The translations under genes and the position numbers were made by a program. A stretch of DNA of 64,000 nucleotides from an uncultured Candidatus Binatia bacterium (GTDB taxonomy: Bacteria; Desulfobacterota; Binatia; UBA9968; JAJDTQ01), in assembly GCA_965213675.1 (NCBI GenBank), contig OZ243916.1:992001-1056000 (forward strand). The letters run 5' to 3'. Shown here piece by piece: positions 28,936-38,981 of this stretch. The notes under the pieces were generated by a model. The model did not search any database. It was given only the letters and a program-made list of their open reading frames with translations, and was not told where the DNA came from. Within the stretch, counting starts at the first letter, position 1, and each line of letters begins with the position of its first letter.

Positions 28936-30333
28936 TCACTTGCCGTACTTGATGCGGCCTCCCGCGGCTTCCTTGTTGAGCTTCTGGTGCAGGTGCAGGC
29001 CCTCCAGCACCAGCTCCGTGGCCGAGGCCAGCAGCCCGGGCGAATCGAACTCGCCCAGCGAGCGGATGGCCTCCTCCAGTCCGGGAATCGCCTGGATGCC
29101 CTCAAGGTAGTCCTCGGAGCGCATCTCGTCCGAGACCTCGACGCCCCAGCCCGAGTTGAAGTATTCGATGACCTCCTGGAGCGCGCTGGCGTCGAAGCGG
29201 CTGTCGAAGGTCTTGAGAATGGCCCGGTTGAGCAACCGCTCAATCAGTTCCTCCTCGTTCTTCTCCTCACCCACGTACTCCACCTCGATCTTGCCGCAGG
29301 TGGAGGGAAGCACCGCGTGGAGGTCGCTGACCCGCGGCACGATGGTGCTCTCGCCCACCCGCAGGGCGCGCTTCTCGGCGTTGCTCACCATGCTCTCGTA
29401 GTTGTTGATGCTGACGCGCACGCTCACGCCCGAGGACTGGTTGATCTCGCTGGAGTTGCGCGCTTCGAAGGTGAGGTGGGCCAGGACCTCCTTCATGAAA
29501 TCCGGAATGATCGCCTGATGGCTGCGGCCGTCCAGGGAGGCCGACTCCTGCTCCATGATGTCGATCTCGTGCTCCACCTGGCGTGGATAGTGGGTGCGGA
29601 TCTGGACGTCGAAGCGATCCTTGAGGGGCGTGATGATGCGCCCCCGGCTGGTGTAGTCCTCGGGGTTGGCGCTGGCGACGATGACCACGTCCAGGGGCAA
29701 GCGGATCTTGTAGCCCTTGATCTGGACGTCCTTCTCCTCCATGAGGTTGAAAAGGCCCACCTGGACCTTCTCGGTCAGGTCGGGCAACTCGTTCACGGCG
29801 AAGACGCCCCGGTTCGTACGCGGCACCAGACCGTAGTGGATGGTCTCCTCGTCGGCCAGGTAACGTCCTTCCGCCACCTTGATGGGATCGATCTCGCCGA
29901 TGAGATCGGCGATGGACACGTCCGGCGTGGCCAGTTTCTCGCCGTAACGGTGCTCCCGGCCAACCCACTCCACCTCCAGGTCGTCGCCATGCTCCTCCAG
30001 GCGTCGCCGGCACTGCGCGCAGATCACCCGAAACGGGTCGCAGTTGATCTGACAGTCCTTGACCCGGGGAATCCTCTCGTCCAGCAACTGCGTCAGGCCA
30101 CGGATGATGCGAGACTTGGCCTGGCCCCGTTCCCCGAGAAACACCATGTGGTGACCTGACAGGATCGCGTTTTCGATCTCCGGAATGACCGTCTCTTCAT
30201 AACCCACGATACCCGGAAGGAGCCGCTGCCCCGACTGGAGAAGCTCCATGAGATTGTGGCGCATCTCGTCGCGCACCGTGCGCACGGGAATGCCGCTGCG
30301 CTTCAATTCGCCGAGGGTCTTGATGGAATCCAC
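28936..30333 (-). CDS. AAA+ ATPase, Mg-chelatase/MoxR-like (Rv0958-like)
   Basis: GERGQAKS, NELPDL, SANPEDYT, TPLKDRF; GTG start with AGGAGG RBS. Confidence 0.85.
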   Translation of the reverse strand: MDSIKTLGELKRSGIPVRTVRDEMRHNLMELLQSGQRLLPGIVGYEETVIPEIENAILSGHHMVFLGERGQAKSRIIRGLTQLLDERIPRVKDCQINCDPFRVICAQCRRRLEEHGDDLEVEWVGREHRYGEKLATPDVSIADLIGEIDPIKVAEGRYLADEETIHYGLVPRTNRGVFAVNELPDLTEKVQVGLFNLMEEKDVQIKGYKIRLPLDVVIVASANPEDYTSRGRIITPLKDRFDVQIRTHYPRQVEHEIDIMEQESASLDGRSHQAIIPDFMKEVLAHLTFEARNSSEINQSSGVSVRVSINNYESMVSNAEKRALRVGESTIVPRVSDLHAVLPSTCGKIEVEYVGEEKNEEELIERLLNRAILKTFDSRFDASALQEVIEYFNSGWGVEVSDEMRSEDYLEGIQAIPGLEEAIRSLGEFDSPGLLASATELVLEGLHLHQKLNKEAAGGRIKYGK

Positions 30334-30397
30334 TCCGTTACCTCCTGCCATTCCGTAGGTCCTGTTGTTCGTTTCCCGTGCGCGGGCCGAACTCCCG

Positions 30398-30562
30398 CTA
30401 GTGTCGTGTTCCGTAAATTCCTGCGACAAGTTGCGCTGAAATTCTTGTTGCCGGCAAGGCGCGATGACGAGCAGTGGCGGGCACCACGCGAGGAAGAGCC
30501 ACGGAGCCGATGGCGAAACAGGCCCGCAAATTATCGCAGTAATTTTCGGGACACGACACTAG
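30398..30562. mobile_element. MITE copy 4 (165 bp, CTAG flanks), subfamily B
   Basis: CTAG-TGTCGTGTTCCG...CGGGACACGACA-CTAG; the right CTAG is the ihfB stop codon. Confidence 0.85.
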
Positions 30563-30861
30563 TCCGCGCTCTCGACGTCGACGCCCTGGTTGACCCGCAG
30601 GCGCAACTCCTTGCCGACCTTGAAGAAGGGCACCCTCTTGGACGACACGGAGACGAGGTCCCCGGTCTTCGGGTTGCGGCCGTCCCGGGCCCGGCGGTGT
30701 TTTACGACGAAGCTGCCGAAACCGCGGATTTCGATCCTCTCCTCGCGTTGCAGGGCAGTGATGAGAGAGTCGAAGACGGTGTTGACGATCACTTCCGCAT
30801 CGAAACGGGACAGGTGAGGAAACCTCTCATTGATTTCCTCGATGAGGTCGCGCTTGGTCAT
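30559..30861 (-). CDS. ihfB: Integration host factor subunit beta
   Basis: MTKRDLI, IEIRGFGSF, GRNPKTG, FKVGKELR; follows rpsA. Confidence 0.93.
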   Translation of the reverse strand: MTKRDLIEEINERFPHLSRFDAEVIVNTVFDSLITALQREERIEIRGFGSFVVKHRRARDGRNPKTGDLVSVSSKRVPFFKVGKELRLRVNQGVDVESAD

Positions 30862-30890
30862 GCAGTGCCCCGACGCCCGTTCCGCGAAGC

Positions 30891-32693
30891 CTACCGCTTG
30901 TTCCGCTCCCGCCCGCGCCCGCCGCGGCCTTCGCGATCCAGCTTCAACTCCTCGTTCAGGATGGTCTCGAACGAGAACCGGCCGGCCTCCTTCTCGCGTT
31001 GCAGGTAACTTTCGAGTTCTTCCCGCTCTTCGGAGCGCTTGAGGGCACGGATGCTGAGACCGATCTTGTGCTCCTGCACGTCGATGTTGACCACCTCGGC
31101 CTCCACCGAGTCCCCCACCTGACAGAGGCTGGAAGGCTTCTCCACATGCTCGGTGCTGAGTTGCGAGACGTGGATCAACCCCTCCACCCCCTCGGCGATG
31201 CGCACGAAGACGCCGAAGTCGAGCACCCGGACGATTTCGCCATTAACCCGCGATCCCACGGGGTGTTCCTGGACCACACGCTCCCACGGATCCAGGGTCA
31301 ACTGCTTCACGCCCAGCGAGAACCGTTCGACCTGTGGATCGACGCCAAGCACCTTGGCTTCCACGATGTCGCCCTTCTTGTAGAGCTCCGAGGGATGCTT
31401 GATCTTCTTGGTCCAGTCGAGGTCGGAGATATGGATCAATCCGTCGATGCCCTCTTCCACACCCACGAACACGCCGAAGTCGGTGATGTTCCGCACCGGC
31501 CCCTGTATCACGCTGCCCTCGGGATACTTCTCCTTGGCCAGGAACCACGGGTTGGGCAACACCTGGCGCAGGCCCAGCGAGATGCGCCGCCGTCCCGGGT
31601 CCACGTTAAGCACCATGGCCTCCACGGTCTCACCCGCCTGAACCACCTTGGAGGGGTGCGACAGTTTCTTGGCCCAGGACATCTCCGATACGTGGATGAG
31701 ACCCTCGACCCCTTTCTCCAACTCGACGAAGGCGCCGTAGTCCGTCAGGCCCACCACCTTGCCGGTGACCTTCGAGTCCACGGGGTACTTGTCCGTCACC
31801 GCTTCCCACGGGTCGGGAGTGATCTGCTTCATCCCCAGGGAGATCCGCTCACGCTCCTTGTCGAACTTGAGCACCACGACCCGTAGGGTTTCCCCGATGC
31901 TGAGCAGGTCGCTGGGGTGGTTGACGCGGCCCCAGGACATGTCCGTGATGTGCAGGATCCCGTCGATGCCGCCCACGTCCACGAACGCGCCGTAGTCCGT
32001 GATGTTCTTGACGACGCCTTCCAGGATCACGCCTTCGTCGAGGACCGCCAGGGTCTCCTTCTTGAGCACCTCGCGTTCCTGCTCCAGCAGCATTTTGCGT
32101 GACACCACCACGTTGTCGCGCATGCGGTTGTACTTGAGAATCGTGAAGCGGTCCCGCTTGCCCACGAACTGGTCGAGGTTGCGCGTCGGGCGAATGTCCA
32201 CATGCGAGCCCGGGAGGAAGCCGTCCACCCCCAGATCCACCTTGAAACCGCCCTTGACGCGCGCCACGATGGTGCCCTCGATGGGGACGGCCTGCTCGTA
32301 GGCCTTCTCGATCCGATCCCAGACCTTGATGCTCTCGGCCTTCTGACGCGAGAGCACGATCTCGCCCCGGTCCCCTTCCGGGGACTCGAAAAACACGTCC
32401 ACATCGTCCCCGACCGCCACCTGCAGGGCGCCCTCGCGATCCTGGAACTCCTGCACGGAGATCCGGCCCTCGGTCTTGTAGCCCACATCCACCACCACGT
32501 GAGTGGGGTTGATGTCGACGATCTTGCCGCTCACCACCCCGCCCGGCTGCACCGCCTGGATGCTCTCCTCGAACAGCGACCGAAAGTCATCCTCCGCGGG
32601 CATGGTCTCCTCGCCGTGCGACGACTCTTCGCTCGCAACAGCGTCCTGGTCCCGCGGAGTCTCCTCGTTCTTGTGCGCCTCGCCTTCCGTCAT
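30891..32693 (-). CDS. rpsA: 30S ribosomal protein S1
   Basis: Six S1 repeats (YGAFV/FGVFV...GLIHVS). Confidence 0.97.
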   Translation of the reverse strand: MTEGEAHKNEETPRDQDAVASEESSHGEETMPAEDDFRSLFEESIQAVQPGGVVSGKIVDINPTHVVVDVGYKTEGRISVQEFQDREGALQVAVGDDVDVFFESPEGDRGEIVLSRQKAESIKVWDRIEKAYEQAVPIEGTIVARVKGGFKVDLGVDGFLPGSHVDIRPTRNLDQFVGKRDRFTILKYNRMRDNVVVSRKMLLEQEREVLKKETLAVLDEGVILEGVVKNITDYGAFVDVGGIDGILHITDMSWGRVNHPSDLLSIGETLRVVVLKFDKERERISLGMKQITPDPWEAVTDKYPVDSKVTGKVVGLTDYGAFVELEKGVEGLIHVSEMSWAKKLSHPSKVVQAGETVEAMVLNVDPGRRRISLGLRQVLPNPWFLAKEKYPEGSVIQGPVRNITDFGVFVGVEEGIDGLIHISDLDWTKKIKHPSELYKKGDIVEAKVLGVDPQVERFSLGVKQLTLDPWERVVQEHPVGSRVNGEIVRVLDFGVFVRIAEGVEGLIHVSQLSTEHVEKPSSLCQVGDSVEAEVVNIDVQEHKIGLSIRALKRSEEREELESYLQREKEAGRFSFETILNEELKLDREGRGGRGRERNKR

Positions 32694-33373
32694 GAAACAG
32701 TTCTCCCATTCTCATTGGATTTCTTCCTGACTTCTTCCAGCACCCGCTGCACCACCGCCTCCACCGGCAACGATGTCGAATCGATAAGCACGGCGTCGTC
32801 CGCCTGACGCAACGGCGCCACGGCGCGCTCCGTGTCGCGACGGTCACGGCGCATCACGTCCGCAAGCGTGTCTTCCAGCGTCAGTCCCGGACTCTCCCCG
32901 ACCAGCTCCTTGTGGCGCCGGCGCGCTCGTGTTTCCGGGGACGCATCCAGGTAGACCTTGACCTCGGCCTCCGGAAAGACCACCGTGCCCATGTCGCGCC
33001 CCTCGGCGACCACGGAACCGCCCCGCCCCATGGCGCGCTGCAACTCGGCCATGCGCTTGCGCACCGCGGCCAGGCCGGAAACTCTGGATGCCGTCTGTCC
33101 GACCTCCGCGGTGCGGATGGCGCCGCTCACGTCCACGCCGTCGAGCGTCACTGACGGCGCGTCCGCATCCGCGCCCAGGTCCACCGTGGTGTTCTGAAGG
33201 ATCCTGCCCAGCGCCGTCTCGTCGCCGCAATCGACCCCGTGACCCATGACCTTCCAGGCCAGCGCCCGATACATCGCGCCCGTGTCCATATAGCGGTAAC
33301 CCAGACTCCTCGCCACGGCCTTCGCGACGGTGCTCTTGCCCGCGCCGGCCGGGCCGTCAATGGCGACGATCAA
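32690..33373 (-). CDS. cmk: Cytidylate kinase
   Basis: IDGPAGAGKST, DTGAMYR, EGRDMGT. Confidence 0.97.
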   Translation of the reverse strand: MIVAIDGPAGAGKSTVAKAVARSLGYRYMDTGAMYRALAWKVMGHGVDCGDETALGRILQNTTVDLGADADAPSVTLDGVDVSGAIRTAEVGQTASRVSGLAAVRKRMAELQRAMGRGGSVVAEGRDMGTVVFPEAEVKVYLDASPETRARRRHKELVGESPGLTLEDTLADVMRRDRRDTERAVAPLRQADDAVLIDSTSLPVEAVVQRVLEEVRKKSNENGRTVS

Positions 33374-33437
33374 CTATCCTAGCCTCCCTCGGCAGCAGGC
33401 ACAAACGATGCGCCGCCGCCCGAATCCCCATCCCCCG

Positions 33438-34715
33438 TCAACCACGAAGCTTGTCCAGACATTCGAAGAAGCCGGGAAAAGAGACCCTCACACAATCCTC
33501 TCCGGACAGAAGTATTCCGTCCGCGGCGGAAAGGCCCGCCACCGCCAGAGCCATGGCCACCCGATGGTCGCCGTGGCTCTCCACCGAAGCCCCTTCGAGG
33601 GAATCCCTCCCCTCCACGGCCACGTCATCGCCGCGCACCTCCATGCGCGCGCCCATCCTGGAAAGTTCGCGGGTCATGGTGGCGATGCGATCGGACTCCT
33701 TGAAACGCAGTTCGCCCACGTCGCGGAAGAGCGTCGATCCGTGGGCCAGGGCCGCGGCCACGAACAATACCGGGTACTCGTCAATGGTCCGGGGCGCAAG
33801 CTCGGGCGCCACCTCGGTACCCGTGAGACTCCCGCCGCGCACACGGATATCGGCTACCGGTTCACCGGCTTCCTCCCGCCGCGCCGTGAGCTCGATGTCC
33901 GCGCCCATGGCGCGCAGCACCTCGATGACGCCGCTGCGGGTAGCGTTGCAACCCACGCCGCGCACAGTCACGTCGGAATCCGGGATCGTAGCCGCGGCCA
34001 CCGCCAGGAACGCGGCCGACGAGATATCTCCAGGCACGGCGAGGCGCGTTCCCCGAAGCTCCTGCCCGCCCGGCGCCACCACCGCACCGCCGGCGCTCTC
34101 CACCCTGGCGCCGAACCCCCGCAGCATGATCTCCGTGTGATCGCGTGAGCGGTACGGCTCCTCCACGCGCGTCTGGCCACGGGCCTGCAGGCCCGCCAGC
34201 AGCACCGCCGACTTCACCTGGGCGCTGGCCACGGGCGACGCGTAGTCGATGCCCTGGAGCGCGCCGCCTTCGATCTCCAGCGGCGCGCGCCCCTCGCGGT
34301 GCGTGATCCGCGCTCCCATGCGTGCAAGGGGCTCGATCACCCGCTTCATCGGGCGGGTGCGCAACGAGTCGTCCCCGTCCAGGGCGGCCCGGAAAGGCCG
34401 GCCCGCCAGCACCCCCGACAACAGGCGCATGGTGGTGCCGGAATTGCCGCAATCGACGGTTTCCCGCGGCGCCCGCAGCCCGTCCCAACCCCGGCCCTCG
34501 ATGCACAGCGCATCGTCCTCGCGCCGGAACGCCAGGCCCATGCGACGGAACGCCGCCACAGTGCTGGAATTGTCGGCGCCGGCGGACAGGTTGTAGATAC
34601 GTGTCTCACCCCGCGCCAACGCGCCCAGGATCACCGCGCGGTGTCCGATGGACTTGTCACCCGGCACTTCCAGTTCGCCCCGCAAGGGCCGCGAAGCCTG
34701 TTCCACCCGAACCAT
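33438..34715 (-). CDS. aroA: 3-phosphoshikimate 1-carboxyvinyltransferase
   Basis: PGDKSIGHR, GNSGTT, SAQVKS, KESDR, DHRVAM. Confidence 0.97.
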   Translation of the reverse strand: MVRVEQASRPLRGELEVPGDKSIGHRAVILGALARGETRIYNLSAGADNSSTVAAFRRMGLAFRREDDALCIEGRGWDGLRAPRETVDCGNSGTTMRLLSGVLAGRPFRAALDGDDSLRTRPMKRVIEPLARMGARITHREGRAPLEIEGGALQGIDYASPVASAQVKSAVLLAGLQARGQTRVEEPYRSRDHTEIMLRGFGARVESAGGAVVAPGGQELRGTRLAVPGDISSAAFLAVAAATIPDSDVTVRGVGCNATRSGVIEVLRAMGADIELTARREEAGEPVADIRVRGGSLTGTEVAPELAPRTIDEYPVLFVAAALAHGSTLFRDVGELRFKESDRIATMTRELSRMGARMEVRGDDVAVEGRDSLEGASVESHGDHRVAMALAVAGLSAADGILLSGEDCVRVSFPGFFECLDKLRG

Positions 34716-34717
34716 GC

Positions 34718-35572
34718 CTATGCCATCCTCTTGCGCGTCTCCAGCGCCCGTTCGAGTTCCCGTTCGAGCCGCGGCCCGTCGTTGCGTTCGATGTTGTCGG
34801 CGAAGCGTTCGATGGCGCGCGCGTATTCCCGAAGTCCCTTCAGAACCGCCTCCCGGTTGAGCAGGCAGATGTCGCGCCACAATTCCGGACGCCCCGCGGC
34901 GATGCGCGTAGTGTCCTTGAACCCGGTGCCGCAATATTCCGCGAGGTCCAGCGACCCGATCCGCGTGCGATCCAGGACGTTCACCAAGGCCGAAGCGGCG
35001 ACATGGGGCAGATGGCTCACCACGCCCAGGATCCGGTCGTGACGCGCAGCGTCCATGGACTCCACCTTCGAGCCGACCGCGCGCCAGAACGCCCGCAGTT
35101 TCCTGACCGCGGCAGCGTCGCTCTTCGGAGTCGGCGTGATGATGCAACGGCGCCGGACGAAAAGATCGGCCCTGGCCGCGTCCGGACCCCACTGATCGCT
35201 GCCCGCGATGGGATGCGCGCCCACGAAAGGCGGCCCGCCCTTCAGCAAGCGTTCCATGTCCGCCACCACCCGGCGCTTGACGCTGCCGACATCGCTGATG
35301 AGACAGCCGGGGTCGAGCCGGGGTAGGAACGACCGGGTCAAAGGCGCGATGGCGCTCACCGGCGTGGCCAACATCAGAAAGTCGGCGTCCTCCGGGAACT
35401 CCCCGGCCTCGAGAAACCAGGAGTCGAGAATGCCTATTTTTCTGGCGCGGCGCAGGGTCTTCTCGTTGCGGCCGTAGCCCACGACGCGCTGCACCAGCCC
35501 GCGCTCCCGCGCGGCCAGCGCCAGCGAGCCGCCGATCAGCCCCACTCCCGCGATCACCAGGGTGCGGAACAT
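34718..35572 (-). CDS. tyrA: Prephenate/arogenate dehydrogenase
   Basis: GVGLIGGS, DVGSVK, HPIAG, SHLPH, DTTRIA. Confidence 0.94.
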   Translation of the reverse strand: MFRTLVIAGVGLIGGSLALAARERGLVQRVVGYGRNEKTLRRARKIGILDSWFLEAGEFPEDADFLMLATPVSAIAPLTRSFLPRLDPGCLISDVGSVKRRVVADMERLLKGGPPFVGAHPIAGSDQWGPDAARADLFVRRRCIITPTPKSDAAAVRKLRAFWRAVGSKVESMDAARHDRILGVVSHLPHVAASALVNVLDRTRIGSLDLAEYCGTGFKDTTRIAAGRPELWRDICLLNREAVLKGLREYARAIERFADNIERNDGPRLERELERALETRKRMA

Positions 35573-36678
35573 CAGGCGGCGTCTCCATTCTCCGCCCGAA
35601 CCTGCGACAGGGCGCCGAGGAATCGCCGGTTCTCGTCCGCGGTCCCCACCGTCACGCGCACATGCTCCGGAAACTCGGGACCCACGGGGCGCACGATCAC
35701 GCCGCGCCGCAGAAGCCCCTCGTACACCCGCGCCGGGTCGCCGGTGCGCACCAGGATGAAGTTGGCCTGACTCGGCACCCACTCCACCCCGCGGGAGGTC
35801 AGCTCGTCGGTCAGATACGCCAGCCCCTGGCGGTTGACCTCCAGGCTGCGGCGCAGGTGCGCGGCGTCGTCCAGCGCCGCGGTGGCCGCCCACTGCGCCG
35901 CGGCATTGACGTTGAAGGGTTCCCGCACCTGGTTCATGACGGCAACGATATCCGGGCGGGCGATGCCGTAGCCAACCCGCAAACCCGCCAGCCCGTAGGC
36001 CTTGGAGAAAGTCCGCAGGCTCAGAAGCGAGCGATCCTCCCGGTGATACCGCAACGAGTCCGGATAATCCGGGTCGTCCACGTACTCGAAATAGGCCTCG
36101 TCCGCCACCACCAGCACGTCGGGTCCCACATGTTCGAGAAAGTCTTCCCACTCGGGACGCCGGTAGATGGTGCCCGTGGGGTTGTTGGGGTTGGCCAAAA
36201 AGACGCAGCGCGTATCGGGCGTCAGCGCCTGGGCCATGCTCTCCAGGTCGTAGCCGTAGTCCTTGAGCGGCACCGTGCGCACGTCCGCGCCCATGGCGGC
36301 AAGCGCGAGGCCGTAAGCCACGAAGCTGCCGCGGGACATCAGCGCCTGGTCGCCCGGTCGCAGGAACGTCCGCACCGCGAGATCGATCAGTTCGTTGGAG
36401 CCGTTGCCGAAGACCAACCGCTCCGGGGCCACGTCCAGCCTGGCCGCCAACGCTTGACGCAGGTGGTAACAGTCACCGTCGGGATAGAGATGCAGTTCGT
36501 CCAGGTGTGCCCGCAAGGCGGCCAAAGCCTTGGGCGACGGACCCAGGGGGTTCTCGTTGGAGGCGAGCTTGGCCGAGCCCTGGATGCCGTATTCCCGCTC
36601 CACCTCGTCGATGGGCTTGCCGGGCACGTAGGGCACGATACGCCGGATGTATTCCGGAACCTTGTCGGTGATGCTCAT
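35572..36678 (-). CDS. hisC: Histidinol-phosphate/aromatic aminotransferase
   Basis: KLASNENP, NPNNPTG, DEAY, RTFSKAYGLAGLR. Confidence 0.94.
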   Translation of the reverse strand: MSITDKVPEYIRRIVPYVPGKPIDEVEREYGIQGSAKLASNENPLGPSPKALAALRAHLDELHLYPDGDCYHLRQALAARLDVAPERLVFGNGSNELIDLAVRTFLRPGDQALMSRGSFVAYGLALAAMGADVRTVPLKDYGYDLESMAQALTPDTRCVFLANPNNPTGTIYRRPEWEDFLEHVGPDVLVVADEAYFEYVDDPDYPDSLRYHREDRSLLSLRTFSKAYGLAGLRVGYGIARPDIVAVMNQVREPFNVNAAAQWAATAALDDAAHLRRSLEVNRQGLAYLTDELTSRGVEWVPSQANFILVRTGDPARVYEGLLRRGVIVRPVGPEFPEHVRVTVGTADENRRFLGALSQVRAENGDAA

Positions 36679-37751
36679 AGGCTCTGTGGATACGATCCGA
36701 GGACCTTCAGAAACACACAATTCTGTCCGAGCTGCTCCAGCGCCTTCTCGATGTGCGGCTCCTGCCGGTGACCCTTGAAGTCGATGAAGAAGACGTATTC
36801 CCAAGCCTTCTGGCGCGACGGCCGGGACTCGATCTTGGTGAGGTTGATGCCGTGACCGGCGAACGGCGCCAGCATGTCGTGCAGCACGCCCACGCGGTCC
36901 TTGGCCGCGAAGACGACGCTGGTCTTGTCCTCCCCCGTGGGCAGGGGCGGGTTGTCTCCGATGACATAGAAGCGGGTGACGTTGTCGCGGTTGTCGGCGA
37001 TGTTGGCCTGGACGATCTTGAGCCCGTAGACGTCGCCCGCCAGACGGCTGGCCACCGCCGCCACCTGCCGGTCCGCCCGCGCCTCCCGGGCCGCCTGGGC
37101 CGTGCTCGCCACTGCCTCCACCGAGGCGTCCGCGTGGTGCGCTCCCAACCAGCGGCGGCACTGCCCCAAGGCGTGGGAGTGGGACAGCACCCGGCGTACG
37201 TCGGCGGCCCGTCCCGAGCGGGACAGGAGGCACAACTCGATGTCGACGCTCACCTCGCCGCAGATCTGCACGTCGGATTCCTGAAGCAGATCCAGGGTGT
37301 GGGTCACCACTCCTTCGGTGGAGTTTTCGACGGGCACCACGCCGTAGTCGGCGTTGCCGGCGCTCACCTCGCGGAAGACGTCGGCGATGGCCGGTTCGGG
37401 CACGTATCGCACGGTGCTGCCAAAGTGGCGTTGCGCCGCCATGTGGGTGAAGGTCGCTTCGGGACCGAAGAACGCCACCTTCATGCGCGCTTCGATGCCG
37501 CGGCAGGCGGACAGCACCTCGCGGAACACGGCGCGCACGGACGCGGCGGGCAATGGCCCGGCGTTGGCTTCATTGACCCGCCGGTACACCTCGCGCTCGC
37601 GGCTGGCCACGTACACGGGTCTTCCAGTGAGACTCTTTTGCTGCCCGACCTTCAGGGCAAGCGATGCTCTCTCGTTGAGAAGCGCTAGGATCCTGGAATC
37701 AAGTCGGTCGATCTTTTTCCGGAGGGCATCCAACGATTCTCGGCGACTCAA
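36675..37751 (-). CDS. pheA: Chorismate mutase/prephenate dehydratase (P-protein)
   Basis: CM domain, PVENSTEG, TRF, NLTKIESRP. Confidence 0.96.
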   Translation of the reverse strand: MSRRESLDALRKKIDRLDSRILALLNERASLALKVGQQKSLTGRPVYVASREREVYRRVNEANAGPLPAASVRAVFREVLSACRGIEARMKVAFFGPEATFTHMAAQRHFGSTVRYVPEPAIADVFREVSAGNADYGVVPVENSTEGVVTHTLDLLQESDVQICGEVSVDIELCLLSRSGRAADVRRVLSHSHALGQCRRWLGAHHADASVEAVASTAQAAREARADRQVAAVASRLAGDVYGLKIVQANIADNRDNVTRFYVIGDNPPLPTGEDKTSVVFAAKDRVGVLHDMLAPFAGHGINLTKIESRPSRQKAWEYVFFIDFKGHRQEPHIEKALEQLGQNCVFLKVLGSYPQSL

Positions 37752-37962
37752 TGAAAACCTCGGGGGGAAGGATTCGGGACGGAAACCGCTACGTTAGCCC
37801 AACAGCCGGGCAATTGCAAATCCGCGGTGAGTTCGGGCTTCGCGTTGAGTTTGCCCGATCACCGTGCCAAACGCCTCCACCGACTTCAGGGTCGCGTCCC
37901 GCCGGAAAACCCCTGTTCGTCGATGCCAAGCGGCGCTCATGCTACCGTTGTGGCAAGCGTCC

Positions 37963-38838
37963 ATGCAACGACAGACCCAAGCCTACGTCTACGCCGGCGC
38001 CACGGTACTTTGCTGGTCCACCGTGGCGACCGCGTTCAAACTCTCCCTGCGCCACGTCGGCGCCGACGCGCTGGTGTTCTACGCATCCCTGGTCTCCACC
38101 GCGGTGCTGCTGTGCATCACCCTCGCCACCGGGCGGCTCAAACAACTCCGGGAGTGGCGCTCACGCGATCTGCGCACTTCCCTGGTTCTGGGTTTTCTGA
38201 ATCCCTTCCTCTACTACGTCGTGCTGCTTCGCGCGTACGACGTTCTGCCGGCCCAAGAGGCGCTAACGCTGAATTTCACCTGGCCCATGGTGCTGGCGCT
38301 GTTTTCCATCCTTCTGCTGGATCAGCCCATCAGCCTTCGCGCGATACTGGCCATGGGCATCAGCTTCTCCGGCGTGGCCGTCATCGCCACCCGCGGCGAC
38401 CTGCTCAGCCTCGACCCCGCCAACCCGCGGGGCGTGGCGCTGGCCCTCGGCAGCACGTTGATCTGGACGCTTTACTGGATCTACGGGGTCAAGGACCGGC
38501 GCGATCCGGTCACGCGCCTGCTGGTGAACTTCGTGTTCGGATGCGGTTTCTCGGGGGGGTTCCTTTGGCTTTCGGGAGGCATGGAGATACCCGCGCCCCT
38601 GGGCCTCGCCGGCGCGGCCTACGTCGGCACGTTCGAGATGGGCATCGCCTTCGTCACCTGGCTTCAGGCCCTGAAGCTCTCACGCACCACGGCTCAGGTG
38701 GGCCAATGGATCTACCTGACCCCGTTCCTCTCGCTGCTGGTGATCGCGCTCATCGTGGGAGAACCCATCTACCCGAGCACGCTGGCAGGCCTGGCCCTGA
38801 TTATCGGTGGGATGGTATTGCAGCGCCGGAGCGGTTGA
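37963..38838 (+). CDS. DMT/EamA-family transporter
   Basis: About 10 hydrophobic segments in two EamA repeats. Confidence 0.85.
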   Translation: MQRQTQAYVYAGATVLCWSTVATAFKLSLRHVGADALVFYASLVSTAVLLCITLATGRLKQLREWRSRDLRTSLVLGFLNPFLYYVVLLRAYDVLPAQEALTLNFTWPMVLALFSILLLDQPISLRAILAMGISFSGVAVIATRGDLLSLDPANPRGVALALGSTLIWTLYWIYGVKDRRDPVTRLLVNFVFGCGFSGGFLWLSGGMEIPAPLGLAGAAYVGTFEMGIAFVTWLQALKLSRTTAQVGQWIYLTPFLSLLVIALIVGEPIYPSTLAGLALIIGGMVLQRRSG

Positions 38839-38981
38839 ACAGCCAGGCACAGCGGGCGGACGGCCGGTGGTGAGTTCCCGGAACGCACCGAAGCGCCCGC
38901 GGGCCACCCGGCACCCCCGGAACCAACCGCCGCGGGTCCACGTCCGCATATTCCGGCTCCAGAGAGCCTGTCCGATCAGGT

